DNA of 44,183 bases from sequence record PQ595991.1, one strand, 5' to 3'. The first letter of the stretch is position 1. Each line of letters begins with the position of its first letter. The notes under the pieces were generated by a model. It saw only the letters and a program-made list of their open reading frames with translations, was not told the DNA's origin and made no database searches. Source of the DNA: Escherichia phage Psq-1. Below, one piece after another: positions 1 through 9,155 of this stretch. The position numbers and the translations under genes are program-made.

Positions 1-555
1 ATGAAATTACTATTCCGCCGCAAGCATGACGGGTGCATCCTTAAGCCAATACAGACCCTGGATTCATACGTCCGCTTACAAAACGCGGCGGGCAATCGCG
101 TCTGGTGGGCGAAGAAAGACAAGCTGCCGGAAAACTTCGACGTACTCACACACGATATCGAGCGCGGCGATGTGCTGCGTGATATTCGCGACGGGCAACT
201 GTGGGTCGTGGAGCACACCCACCAGCACGGCTTGCGGTTGAAGTCCGGCATCTTGTTGAAGGGAATGACTTACTTCGGGCTAATCCACTACGAGCGCGTG
301 GGGCGCAAGTACAGCCTCCGAGATCGCCAGCAGCATGAGCGCGTTGAGTTCCGCAAGTCACAGCCAGCCTATGCCACCTACGACGTGAGCAAAGTTATGG
401 ACCCGATCCGCCAGGCGACGCATGAGATTATTAATCGCTTCGATGCCGTGACGAACGCACAGCGCCAGGCGCGGGAATACGGCGTGGGATTCATCCGTGT
501 CGAACCAGACGGCAGCATGAACGCCATTGACCCGCGCTCGGTGATTCTGAAATGA
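1..555 (+). CDS. hypothetical early protein (184 aa)
   Basis: Track ORF opening with ATG at window position 1; no motif I recognise. The ORF running off the window end (43918..) would stop in an ATGA overlap with this ATG if the genome is circular. Confidence 0.4.
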   Translation: MKLLFRRKHDGCILKPIQTLDSYVRLQNAAGNRVWWAKKDKLPENFDVLTHDIERGDVLRDIRDGQLWVVEHTHQHGLRLKSGILLKGMTYFGLIHYERVGRKYSLRDRQQHERVEFRKSQPAYATYDVSKVMDPIRQATHEIINRFDAVTNAQRQAREYGVGFIRVEPDGSMNAIDPRSVILK

Positions 556-676
556 GTGCGGCTATCCGTGATATGCTGATGCACAACCGCTTTGAGATAG
601 GCGGTAGGGTATTTCGCAATTACTTCGTGGCGCGTGCATGGGCGCGCCATATTGGCAAACCGGAAGGGGCAATACG

Positions 677-964
677 ATGCTACACGATGTGATTTATCGG
701 TTTGGTTTGATCTGCGGGCTGTGCCTGCTTACCGCGGTGCTGTTGGGCGTCCTGATGTTCGTAGTATGGCCTGCCGTGGAAGCCGCCAGTATTACCCGCA
801 TGACGTTCGAGATCTACAAGCGCCGTGGAATCACGGAGCACCCGACCAGGTTGCGCATGTGGTGGCTGTGGTATCGGGATATGATAGGCGGTCGAACATT
901 CGAAGCCGTCCGATCATCCGGGTGGGAGTGGAAAGGCGTCGGCAAGTGGTCCATTTTCGATTAA
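677..964 (+). CDS. small membrane protein (95 aa)
   Basis: Internal ATG of track ORF 638..964, preceded by GGAAGGGG; hydrophobic stretch FGLICGLCLLTAVLLGVLMFVVW predicts one TM helix. Confidence 0.35.
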   Translation: MLHDVIYRFGLICGLCLLTAVLLGVLMFVVWPAVEAASITRMTFEIYKRRGITEHPTRLRMWWLWYRDMIGGRTFEAVRSSGWEWKGVGKWSIFD

Positions 965-981
965 TTATGCAAGCGTGATAT

Positions 982-1016
982 AGTCCCAGTGAGATAAAAC
1001 TTACTGGGACTTTTTT
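982..1016 (+). terminator. rho-independent terminator
   Basis: Perfect 9-bp stem AGTCCCAGT / ACTGGGACT (982-990, 1003-1011) followed by TTTTTT (1011-1016). Confidence 0.6.
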
Positions 1017-1307
1017 ATGGATAAGCTAAACGAGTGGTTATTCGCCCTGGCATGTCTGGCGGGTGGCTTCGTAGGCGCACGCATTCATGGTGAGGCTACG
1101 AAGGGGCCACTAAACTTCGTTTTGTATGTTGTAGTTGGCTTCTTGTGTGCCATATTTGGCGCACCGGCTATCGCTGAGTGGGCTGGTTTGTCGGGTGAGC
1201 GCACTGTCGCCGGTTTGGGCTTCGTAACCGCAATCTTCTGGATGCCAATCGCCGACCGGATCAGGGAGACTATTGCGTCGTTCCGACTTCCGGGGGGTGC
1301 AAAATGA
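1017..1307 (+). CDS. putative holin (96 aa)
   Basis: Small protein with hydrophobic TM segments (LFALACLAGGFVGA, FVLYVVVGFLCAIFGAPAI, GLGFVTAIFWMPI) just upstream of the lysozyme gene. No Shine-Dalgarno; ATG directly follows the terminator T-run. Confidence 0.5.
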   Translation: MDKLNEWLFALACLAGGFVGARIHGEATKGPLNFVLYVVVGFLCAIFGAPAIAEWAGLSGERTVAGLGFVTAIFWMPIADRIRETIASFRLPGGAK

Positions 1308-1549
1308 TTATCTCCGTCCTGTTGTTTGTTATCATCGGGGCTTCGTCCCTGTTTAACGTGTATGCGCCGTCCGTCCGGGATGGCATTTTCGGTCGGGTGC
1401 TGTATCTGCTAACGGCAATGATCTGTATTATCGGACTGTTGCAAACAGGAGACGTATCCGATACCACCTGGACCGCGTTAATCTGGCTGTTTGCATTGCG
1501 CACCCTGCGTAATGCTGTTTTGAATGGGGTAAAACATGCGATTCAGTGA
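1304..1549 (+). CDS. small membrane protein, possible second holin/antiholin component (81 aa)
   Basis: Two hydrophobic helices (ISVLLFVIIGASSLF, LYLLTAMICIIGLL); sits between holin and endolysin with overlapping stop/start. Confidence 0.4.
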   Translation: MIISVLLFVIIGASSLFNVYAPSVRDGIFGRVLYLLTAMICIIGLLQTGDVSDTTWTALIWLFALRTLRNAVLNGVKHAIQ

Positions 1550-2027
1550 CAACGGTCTACGATTTACGGCAGCATGGGAGGCTTTCAGCCCGGTGCCGTA
1601 TTTCGCGACCAAGAAAGAGCAGGCCCGCGGCCTGTACACCTGGGGTTATGGTCATACAGGCACTAATCCGCCTCGAAGCATTACCCGCGAGGAAGCGCTG
1701 GCACTGCTCAAGCGCGATGTGGCGTATGCCGAGGATTGGGTGAACAAATACGCGCATAAGAGCATTAACCAGGCGCAATTCGACGCGCTGGTGGATCTGG
1801 TAATCAATGCCGGTCCGGGTCCGATCGTACCGGATGATGTTGCGAATGATTTCGATGACGCGGTGCGGTTGGGTGACTGGGCGAAGGTCCGTGCTACTCT
1901 GCCGCAGTTCCGAAAACAAGGCGGTGAAGTGCTTAAGGGTCTGGTACGCCGTGCAATCGGCAGACAGGCGTTGTTTGATGGTAAGCAGTGGGACGTTGCC
2001 GAGCGAATCGGTCGTAACGCTGCATAA
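1536..2027 (+). CDS. endolysin, phage lysozyme (GH24-like)
   Basis: Motifs matching P22/T4-type lysozymes as I remember them: catalytic-region WEAF, TWGYGHTG (cf. TIGVGHTG), NQAQFDALVDLVINAG (cf. NQYDALCSLIFNIG), GRQALF. Confidence 0.85.
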   Translation: MRFSDNGLRFTAAWEAFSPVPYFATKKEQARGLYTWGYGHTGTNPPRSITREEALALLKRDVAYAEDWVNKYAHKSINQAQFDALVDLVINAGPGPIVPDDVANDFDDAVRLGDWAKVRATLPQFRKQGGEVLKGLVRRAIGRQALFDGKQWDVAERIGRNAA

Positions 2028-2043
2028 TACGAGGTGACACAAA

Positions 2044-2445
2044 ATGTTAGATTCGATCTTGCGACGTAAAGAACGCATTATCAAGACTCTGCCCGCAGTG
2101 CAGAACCCAGAAGCGCGCCGCATCCTGGCGGGGGATATGAATGTATCAGGCGTCTTCGACAAGGCCGTGCCTGAAGGGACGCCGGTGGCGAGCGCTACCG
2201 TTACCATCACGCCAGCTACCGCCGCAGTTGGTGAGACAGCCGCCGCGACTGTTGCCATCCTGCCATCCGGCGCGACCAACAAGGCCGGGTCGTGGGTGTC
2301 GGCTAACCCTAACCGCGCCTCAATCAATCCGACTACCGGCGAAATCACAGCGAAAGCAGCGGGTAACGTCCGCATCGTTTGGGTGGCGTCCGACGGTAGC
2401 GGGGTGCAGGCTGACGCAGGCTTCACAGTAACGGCAGCAGAGTAA
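2044..2445 (+). CDS. Ig-like (Big_2-type) domain protein (133 aa)
   Basis: C-terminal ~80 aa has the Big_2 pattern (VTITPATAAV...SWVSANPNRASINPTTGEITAKAAGNVRIVWVASDGSGVQADAGFTV). Confidence 0.45.
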   Translation: MLDSILRRKERIIKTLPAVQNPEARRILAGDMNVSGVFDKAVPEGTPVASATVTITPATAAVGETAAATVAILPSGATNKAGSWVSANPNRASINPTTGEITAKAAGNVRIVWVASDGSGVQADAGFTVTAAE

Positions 2446-2451
2446 ACCAAC

Positions 2452-2479
2452 AAGCCTGGTTAATTCCGGGCTTTTTATT
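2452..2479 (+). terminator. rho-independent terminator
   Basis: Stem AAGCCTGG / CCGGGCTT (one G-U pair), loop TTAATT, then TTTTTATT. Confidence 0.45.
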
Positions 2480-2682
2480 GCTTGACTTGCAACCAACATA
2501 GAGGCCATACTGCAACCAACCAATAAGAGGAGTAATCAAGATGGCACGTAACGATATTTGGGTATTAGCGATCTGGACCACCGCGGCTTTTATCGGCATG
2601 GTTATTTGCGAATTGATATAACCCGCCGCCATACGGACCGTGATATATTGTCCACGGTCCACTAATCAGGAATTAATTAAAT

Positions 2683-3825
2683 ATGCACCCGCAAACTAAA
2701 ATTACCGACGAGCAATTGACCGCAGAAATTCAGGCAGGGACTACGGTTAAAGAGATTGCGAAGGAATACGGCATTGCACTTCGTAACGTCTACATGCGCA
2801 AAGCCCGCCTGTCGAAAAAGGGGATTGGTCACGGCAATGATGCCGTGATCCGTAAGCGCGTTGCCGATGGTTTTGGGGTTAAGCGCGTATCGGCCCTGGT
2901 GCGCGGCAATGGCGAAGAGGTCATGTCGTGGGTCATCACTGAGCAGGACAAGGAGCGCCAACTCGAAGCCATGCGCGCTGTTGTCGAGGGTATGAACAGC
3001 GAAATCACACCGGCAGCGCCAGTAAACGCCCCGCCAGTCCCGATCCAGGCGCTCGACTTGCTCAACCTGTACACAGTGTCCGACTTCCACTTGGGAATGC
3101 TGGCATGGGGCGAGGAGACTGGCGAAGATTGGGATATGGCGATTGCTGAAGACCTGTTCTACCGCTGGTTTGTCGAAGCCTTCGCCCGCGCACCGGACGC
3201 AGGCACTGCCGTTATCAATATCCTCGGAGATATGGCCCACTTTGACAGCCTCGACGCCGTCACACCCGCCAGCGGTCACGTACTGGACGCGGATACCCGC
3301 TACCAGAAACTGGTCCGCTATATGATTCGCATGGTGCGCAACGTGGTTGACCTGGCGCTGCAAAAACACCACAAAGTAAAACTGCTAATCGTTCAGGGTA
3401 ATCATGACGAATCGGGTATGATTTGGCTTGCTGAGATGTTCAATACCCTGTATGAGAACGAGCCGCGCGTCGATGTGGACACGTCCCCGGACGTCTACAA
3501 AATGGTGCAGCACGGTAAGACCACGCTATTTTTCCACCACGGGCACAAAGCGCGATTCGATGTTATCGAGCAGGTTATGATCTCTAAATTCAGACAGGCG
3601 TTCGGGTCGAGCGAATACAGCTACGCGCACGTAGGCCATTTGCACCACCAGAAGATTGTCGAGTCTCGCAACATGATTGTTGAACAGCACCGGACGCTCG
3701 CAGCGAAAGACGCCTACGCCAGTCGTGGCGGTTGGATGTCCGGTCGCAGCGCCAACGTCATTACCTACAGCGCCAACTACGGCGAAGTAGCGCGCTTAAC
3801 CATTAGCCCGGAAATGTTGAAATGA
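2683..3825 (+). CDS. HTH domain fused to calcineurin-like metallophosphoesterase (380 aa)
   Basis: N-terminal ~110 aa with HTH-like TVKEIAKEYGIALRNVYMRKARL. C-terminal domain has all five metallophosphoesterase motifs: DFHLG (DxH), ILGDMAHFD (GDxxD), VQGNHDE (GNHD/E), FFHHGH, HVGHLHH (GHxH). Confidence 0.6.
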   Translation: MHPQTKITDEQLTAEIQAGTTVKEIAKEYGIALRNVYMRKARLSKKGIGHGNDAVIRKRVADGFGVKRVSALVRGNGEEVMSWVITEQDKERQLEAMRAVVEGMNSEITPAAPVNAPPVPIQALDLLNLYTVSDFHLGMLAWGEETGEDWDMAIAEDLFYRWFVEAFARAPDAGTAVINILGDMAHFDSLDAVTPASGHVLDADTRYQKLVRYMIRMVRNVVDLALQKHHKVKLLIVQGNHDESGMIWLAEMFNTLYENEPRVDVDTSPDVYKMVQHGKTTLFFHHGHKARFDVIEQVMISKFRQAFGSSEYSYAHVGHLHHQKIVESRNMIVEQHRTLAAKDAYASRGGWMSGRSANVITYSANYGEVARLTISPEMLK

Positions 3826-4034
3826 TCAGACAAGTATTCATGAGCACGCAGGCCACCCGCCTGGAAGAGCTACGCAAGCAACTAGAAGGCTTGCGCCGAT
3901 TTGAACGAACGGCAGCGGCAGTCGGAATGTCGATGGACGAGAGGATCGAAATACTGTCGCAAATACGCTACACAGAAGGAGCGATAAGAGAAGTACAAAG
4001 CATGTTAACCCGATACTACGGGCGCGACGTTTAA
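3822..4034 (+). CDS. hypothetical protein (70 aa)
   Basis: Track ORF with ATGA overlap to the upstream gene; helical composition, no motif recognised. Confidence 0.35.
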   Translation: MIRQVFMSTQATRLEELRKQLEGLRRFERTAAAVGMSMDERIEILSQIRYTEGAIREVQSMLTRYYGRDV

Positions 4035-4052
4035 ACCGCATAGCCTGCCGAT

Positions 4053-4081
4053 TTGGTGGGCTTTTTTGTGCCTGTTATAAT
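4053..4081 (+). promoter_or_regulatory. candidate sigma70 promoter with extended -10 (TGtTATAAT)
   Basis: TATAAT at 4076-4081 preceded by TGT; weak -35 TTGGTG at 4053-4058 with 17-bp spacer; upstream of the packaging genes. Confidence 0.35.
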
Positions 4082-4130
4082 CCCCCTTAGATGGCAGGGC
4101 CGTCTCCTATGTTGCCGATGGTCGGCGCAT

Positions 4131-4703
4131 ATGAACAAAAGGGCTTATATCATGGCAGAAATCAAAGTTAAGGGCCGACGCGCCAAACTGGACGGGCGAG
4201 TAGCAGTAACCCCGCGTCGTAAACCAGGCGAGCAAACAGAGCATACCAATCTCGGACCGGAAATCGAATACGGAAAGCGCCGTAAAGGCGGCAAATGTGG
4301 ACGACCTACTGACTACCGATCCGTTTACTGCGACCAGCTTCGCCGCTATTTTGCCGACGCCGACGCATGGCAGGTCAACTACTCCGATAAAGGCGCTGCG
4401 CAAGTAATCCCTCGCAACAAAATGCCGACCTTCGGTCGATTTGCCGCTGAAATCGGCGTAGGCGTAGCTTGCCTGTATCGCTGGGCGCGTGCGCATGAGG
4501 AGTTTGCCGAGGCGATGGCGGACGCAATGGAACTGCAGAAAACTTTCCTGATGGAAGCCGGTGGTGTGACCATCGCGGCAGGCTTCGCTACATTCCTGCT
4601 TAAAGCAAACCACGGCGTCCGCGACGATGTACCGCTGGATGACGACGAAGATGATAACGGCGACGTAGTTGTCGAACCTTCCGGCAAAGGCCAGGGTGAA
4701 TAA
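4131..4703 (+). CDS. terminase small subunit (putative)
   Basis: Position immediately upstream of TerL with TAATG overlap; HTH-like PTFGRFAAEIGVGVACLYRWARAHEEFAEA; acidic C-terminus. Start chosen at internal ATG 4131; track ORF opens at 4053. Confidence 0.6.
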   Translation: MNKRAYIMAEIKVKGRRAKLDGRVAVTPRRKPGEQTEHTNLGPEIEYGKRRKGGKCGRPTDYRSVYCDQLRRYFADADAWQVNYSDKGAAQVIPRNKMPTFGRFAAEIGVGVACLYRWARAHEEFAEAMADAMELQKTFLMEAGGVTIAAGFATFLLKANHGVRDDVPLDDDEDDNGDVVVEPSGKGQGE

Positions 4704-6088
4704 TGCGTAACTATGCGGCAGAACACCGCGCACTGGAACGCGCGATCGCAAAGCGCAACAGACCACCACGCCCGACACGCGTTGCGCAGGCGGTGCGTCT
4801 TTACCAGCCTGATTGCTTGCCGCACCAGGTTGAACTATTGCGCGACACAAAGACTAAAATCCTCGGCCTGTGCTCTGGCTTCGGCGGCGGCAAGTCATGG
4901 GTCGCAGCCCGTAAGGTAATCCAGCTTTTAACCCTGAACCCTGGTCATGATGGCATCGTTACAGAGCCGACTATTCCACTCCTGGTTAAGATCATGTACC
5001 CGGAACTGGAGAAGGCATTCGACGAGGCTGGCTTCCGGTGGAAGTTCAATAAGCAGGACAAGATCTACAATGTGCTGGTGAAAGGCAAATGGACTCGCGT
5101 TATCTGTGAGTCAATGGAGAACTATACCCGCCTGATCGGTATCAACGCCGCGTGGATTGTTGCCGACGAGTTCGACACCACGAAGCAAGACGTCGCAATG
5201 GCGGCATACCACAAACTTCTCGGTCGTCTGCGTGCAGGCGTAGTCCGCCAGTTTGTCATAGTGTCCACGCCGGAAGGATTCCGGGCGATGTATCAAATTT
5301 TCGAGGTGGAGAAAGATAGCCAGAAACGCTTGATCCGGGCGAAGACCACGGACAACCACCATTTACCGGCAGACTTTATAGACACGCTTCGCAGTCAGTA
5401 CCCGGCTAACCTGATTGATGCGTACCTGAACGGCATGTTTGTTAACCTTACGTCGGGCGCGGTGTACAAGATGTTCAACCGCGAGGAGAACGCCAGCACC
5501 GAAGAAGTGCAGCCGGACGACACGCTGATTATCGGTATGGACTTTAACGTCACGAAAATGGCGGCGGTCGTGTATGTAAGACGGCAGCGTACCACCGAGA
5601 ACAAGGAGTTCCGCGACGAGATTCACGCGGTGGATGAATTTGTGGACCTGTTTGACACCCCGGCTATGATTGAGGCGATCGAGGAGCGCTACCCAGAACA
5701 TTGCGCCGCCGGTCGTGTTGTCGTTTACCCGGATAGCAGCGGCAAATCACGCAAGACGGTCAACGCGTCGTCGTCCGATATCGCACAACTGGAAGACGCG
5801 GGCTTCGATGTGGAATATGACAGCGTTAACCCGCCAGTGAAAGACCGATTGATCGCGATGAATACGATGATGTGCAACTCGAAGGGCGTTCGCCAGTATT
5901 TTGTCAACCTGGATAAATGCCCTACACTAGCGAAATGTCTGGAACAGCAGGTTTACGACCTGAAGAAAGGCGAGCCGGATAAAACCGCCGGTGTAGACCA
6001 CATGAACGATGCCGCGGGCTACCCTATTGCGCACTTGTTCCCTGTGATTCGTCCGATCGCCGTTGTTCCAACTGTAGACTTCTACTAA
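4703..6088 (+). CDS. terminase large subunit
   Basis: Walker A GFGGGKS, Walker B-like WIVADEFD, C-terminal nuclease-like region; 461 aa. Confidence 0.85.
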   Translation: MRNYAAEHRALERAIAKRNRPPRPTRVAQAVRLYQPDCLPHQVELLRDTKTKILGLCSGFGGGKSWVAARKVIQLLTLNPGHDGIVTEPTIPLLVKIMYPELEKAFDEAGFRWKFNKQDKIYNVLVKGKWTRVICESMENYTRLIGINAAWIVADEFDTTKQDVAMAAYHKLLGRLRAGVVRQFVIVSTPEGFRAMYQIFEVEKDSQKRLIRAKTTDNHHLPADFIDTLRSQYPANLIDAYLNGMFVNLTSGAVYKMFNREENASTEEVQPDDTLIIGMDFNVTKMAAVVYVRRQRTTENKEFRDEIHAVDEFVDLFDTPAMIEAIEERYPEHCAAGRVVVYPDSSGKSRKTVNASSSDIAQLEDAGFDVEYDSVNPPVKDRLIAMNTMMCNSKGVRQYFVNLDKCPTLAKCLEQQVYDLKKGEPDKTAGVDHMNDAAGYPIAHLFPVIRPIAVVPTVDFY

Positions 6089-6099
6089 GGAAACCGACC

Positions 6100-7620
6100 A
6101 TGACCGTTAACGTTGACAACCAGCACCCGCTCTATGCGCGCATCGCGCCAGAGTGGAAAATGATCCGTGACTGCGTAGCAGGGGAGCGCGCCGTGAAGGC
6201 GTGCGGGCCATTGTACCTGCCGCACCCCGCAAGCGGCGACACCACCGACCCGAAATCACGGGCACGCTATAAGGCATATAAGCAACGTGCTGTCTTCCTG
6301 AACGCCACCGCCCGCACACTGAATGCACTGTTAGGCGTCGCCTTCGCCAAACCGGTGAGTATGGACCTTTCCGGGGCAATGGCTGACCTGATCGAAGACG
6401 TAGACGGCAGCGGGATGCCCCTGGCACAACTCCTGCGCGGCGCTATGTCGGAAGTGCTGCAATCAGGCCGTGCCGGGTTTATGGTCGACTACGACCGCCA
6501 GGCGCATTTTGACGAACTAGGTAACGTAGTACCGCAGACCGCCGCTGAGATGGCAGCACACCGCCCGCTTATCCGCCTGTATACGGCTGAACAGATCATC
6601 AACTGGCGGCAGACCCACGGCGTCGATACGCTAATAGTGCTGAAGGAGACGGACGAAATCAGCACCGAAGACCCGGACGACTTCGCAAACCACGAAGTAA
6701 CGATCTGGACCGAGCTTCGCATGATTGCAGGTAAGGCCCACGCCCGCCGCTGGTTTTACAACGCTGACACGTCCGAGGTGCAGATGGACTTGCCGCGAGG
6801 CTTCACCCGCACCGACCTAGTACCATTGGTGGATGCCTCCGGTAATGCGCTAACTCAACTGCCATTTTGCTGGTGTGGCGCGGTGGACAACAACGCGACA
6901 CCGGACGCCGCACCGCTGGCGGATATTGCGTCCATCAACATTAAGCACTACAACGCCGAAGCGGACGTCGCCGAGATTGCGCACATCGTGGGGCAACCTA
7001 CCCTCATTGCGACTGGTCTTACCCAATCATGGGCTGATAAAAACCTGAAGGGCGGCATCGCACTAGGCGCTACTAAGGGCGTTATCCTGGGCCAGAACAT
7101 GGACGCCAAACTGCTTCAGGCGGAGGAGCGCAACTTGTCTGTTGCGCTGTGTGAGCGACGCGAGTTGCAAATGGCTAAACTGGGCGCGGCCCTGGTCGAG
7201 AAGGGGACCGCACCTAAGACGGCAACCGAAGCGGCCTACGATGCGCAGACTGATAACAGTATCCTGTCACTGATTGCCGGTAACGTCGAGAAGGCTTTCA
7301 ACCGGGCGCTGCAAATCGTCAAGCTGTTCACGGGCGACACCGCAGATCAACGCGTAACGCTGAATAAGTTCTACACCGAAATCACGGTTGACGCACAGCT
7401 TATGACCGCAATGATGGCGGGTGTGCAGACCGGTACGGTCCGGCTGGCGGACTTTATCAAGTGGATGATGGCCCAGGGCGTCATTGATGACTCGCAAACC
7501 GTCGAGCAGGTGGAAGACGAACTGCGAAATCAGAATCCATTGCCTCAAATGTCCCCTGATGCGGTAGAATCTACCGAAGAAGACCCGGACAAGGTAGCTG
7601 ACAATGGCGAAGACAATTAA
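6100..7620 (+). CDS. portal protein (506 aa)
   Basis: Size and position between TerL and the head-morphogenesis gene; acidic C-terminus. No specific motif verified. Confidence 0.7.
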   Translation: MTVNVDNQHPLYARIAPEWKMIRDCVAGERAVKACGPLYLPHPASGDTTDPKSRARYKAYKQRAVFLNATARTLNALLGVAFAKPVSMDLSGAMADLIEDVDGSGMPLAQLLRGAMSEVLQSGRAGFMVDYDRQAHFDELGNVVPQTAAEMAAHRPLIRLYTAEQIINWRQTHGVDTLIVLKETDEISTEDPDDFANHEVTIWTELRMIAGKAHARRWFYNADTSEVQMDLPRGFTRTDLVPLVDASGNALTQLPFCWCGAVDNNATPDAAPLADIASINIKHYNAEADVAEIAHIVGQPTLIATGLTQSWADKNLKGGIALGATKGVILGQNMDAKLLQAEERNLSVALCERRELQMAKLGAALVEKGTAPKTATEAAYDAQTDNSILSLIAGNVEKAFNRALQIVKLFTGDTADQRVTLNKFYTEITVDAQLMTAMMAGVQTGTVRLADFIKWMMAQGVIDDSQTVEQVEDELRNQNPLPQMSPDAVESTEEDPDKVADNGEDN

Positions 7621-8707
7621 TCAATATATGGCGGATCGAATGATTCGCCGTCACATATTCACCCAGCGCCTGAGCAATGACCAGGCGCGGAGGGTGCTGG
7701 CTATGTGGGAGAAGTTCCGCCCCTCGTTACTTGGTAAGCTGACCGAGTTACTTGATGGCAAAAAGTCCATGAATAACAAGGCACTGTCCACGCTGTTGAC
7801 GCAACTCGACAAGACAGTTAAAGCAGAATTGCGCACCGAGTTTAAGGCGTTGGCTGAAAGCCTTCAGGAGTTTGCCGACACGGAGGCTGATTATCTCGCC
7901 GACACATTAACGGCAGCGATCCAGCCGGTGGTCGCCGTACGTGCGGTTGAGGTGGTTGGCGTAGTGACCGGTGCGCAGATCGCAGCGACGGCTATGAAAA
8001 ACCCGTTCCAGGGTAATACGATGATGCAATGGCCTGACTCACTTTCTGAGTGGACCAGAACGCAGATCGGCAATCAGGTGCGCGCCGGATTCATCCAGGG
8101 CAAGCCGACTATGGAAATTATAGCGGACGTGAGGCGCGCGCTCGGCGGTCGTAGTGCGCAAGCTATCTCAAGCGTTGTTAAGTCGGCAGTCAACCACTAT
8201 GCGGCTACCGCCCGCGAACTAATGGTAAAAGCAAATGACGATATTCTCGAAGGTCGCCAATGGTTATCTACATTGGACACGCATACTTCTCCCATGTGCC
8301 AGCTACGCGATCGCCTGTTTTATCCGGTTGATGTTACTCCCGACACCAAAGGAAAGCGCGGCGGGGAAGTGGTGGCTGGGTCACAATATGGCGCTGGTCC
8401 GGGCAAGTTGCATTATTGTTGCCGGTCGACGGAGACGTGGAAGGTTAAAGGCATGGAAGATTGGCCCAGTGGTAAGCGTCCGGCACTGAAGGCTGACGCG
8501 GGTCGATTGCTGAGTGAGCAGGTCGACGCGCAGACTGATTTCTTCTCATGGGTGCAGCGCCAGCCGCGCCATATCCTGGAAGAATTATATGGGGTGCAGC
8601 GCGCCGACCAGATTATGCGCGGCGTGAAAGTGCCGAAGATGTTCACCGATTCAGGTGAACTGATGACTATCGCACAGCTTAAAAACCGGGGGTTATGGCG
8701 TGATTAA
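7604..8707 (+). CDS. head morphogenesis protein (MuF / SPP1 gp7-like)
   Basis: 367-aa ORF overlapping the portal stop, in the position of MuF-like minor head proteins. Confidence 0.55.
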   Translation: MAKTINQYMADRMIRRHIFTQRLSNDQARRVLAMWEKFRPSLLGKLTELLDGKKSMNNKALSTLLTQLDKTVKAELRTEFKALAESLQEFADTEADYLADTLTAAIQPVVAVRAVEVVGVVTGAQIAATAMKNPFQGNTMMQWPDSLSEWTRTQIGNQVRAGFIQGKPTMEIIADVRRALGGRSAQAISSVVKSAVNHYAATARELMVKANDDILEGRQWLSTLDTHTSPMCQLRDRLFYPVDVTPDTKGKRGGEVVAGSQYGAGPGKLHYCCRSTETWKVKGMEDWPSGKRPALKADAGRLLSEQVDAQTDFFSWVQRQPRHILEELYGVQRADQIMRGVKVPKMFTDSGELMTIAQLKNRGLWRD

Positions 8708-9029
8708 GTATGCAGCGATTGGACTGGTTATCGGTCTGGCGGTAGGATTCTGGTTAGGCGACTCCTATCGCGCTGGCGTAGTGGCGGAGGCGGCGCAAGA
8801 AGCGCAAGCCGAAGCCCAACGGCAGCAAACTAAAGTAATTGAGCGCTCCGTGCAGGCAGAACAAGCCCGCGACGTGGAATACCGGACTATCACAAAAGAG
8901 GTTGTTAAATATGTTACGCGCCCTAACCGCCCTGATTGTAGTTTTGATGCTGAGCGCGTGCGGATCAAGCAACGCGCCGTTGATGCCGCTAACGGAGTCG
9001 GCACTGCGACCGCCGTGCAAGTTCGATAG
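8700..9029 (+). CDS. i-spanin (Rz-like)
   Basis: N-terminal TM anchor IKYAAIGLVIGLAVGFWLG followed by an A/E/Q-rich coiled-coil segment; the o-spanin-like ORF is embedded in the +1 frame. Confidence 0.5.
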   Translation: MIKYAAIGLVIGLAVGFWLGDSYRAGVVAEAAQEAQAEAQRQQTKVIERSVQAEQARDVEYRTITKEVVKYVTRPNRPDCSFDAERVRIKQRAVDAANGVGTATAVQVR

Positions 9030-9141
9030 CCCGTCCGCAGACCCCGACGAGGATTTGATGATTGACGTGAAAAATATGGAATGCGGGGCGAAGCTAAGGG
9101 CGCAGGTGCTGGAGTTGCAGCAAATAATTAAGGGGCCGTAA
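8911..9141 (+). CDS. o-spanin (Rz1-like outer-membrane lipoprotein)
   Basis: ATG 8911 preceded by AAGAGG; signal peptide MLRALTALIVVLMLSAC with lipobox LSAC; Pro-rich mature part with extra Cys; overlaps and extends past the i-spanin frame. Confidence 0.55.
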   Translation: MLRALTALIVVLMLSACGSSNAPLMPLTESALRPPCKFDSPSADPDEDLMIDVKNMECGAKLRAQVLELQQIIKGP

Positions 9142-9153
9142 TGGCCCCTTTTT
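9131..9153. terminator. bidirectional rho-independent terminator between convergent genes
   Basis: AGGGGCC-GTAAT-GGCCCCT hairpin with TTTTT on the plus side and A-run on the other. Confidence 0.6.
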
Positions 9154-9155
9154 CG

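Noticed and set aside
552-695. 47-codon ORF overlapping the stop of the first gene (ATGA) and the start of the membrane-protein gene
   Set aside because: Plausible coupling geometry but no motif or RBS support; ambiguous with the alternative frame 634..978.
1557-2453. 298-aa minus-strand ORF antisense to the endolysin and Ig-like genes
   Set aside because: Overlaps the lysozyme gene, whose motifs are clear; typical high-GC antisense open frame.
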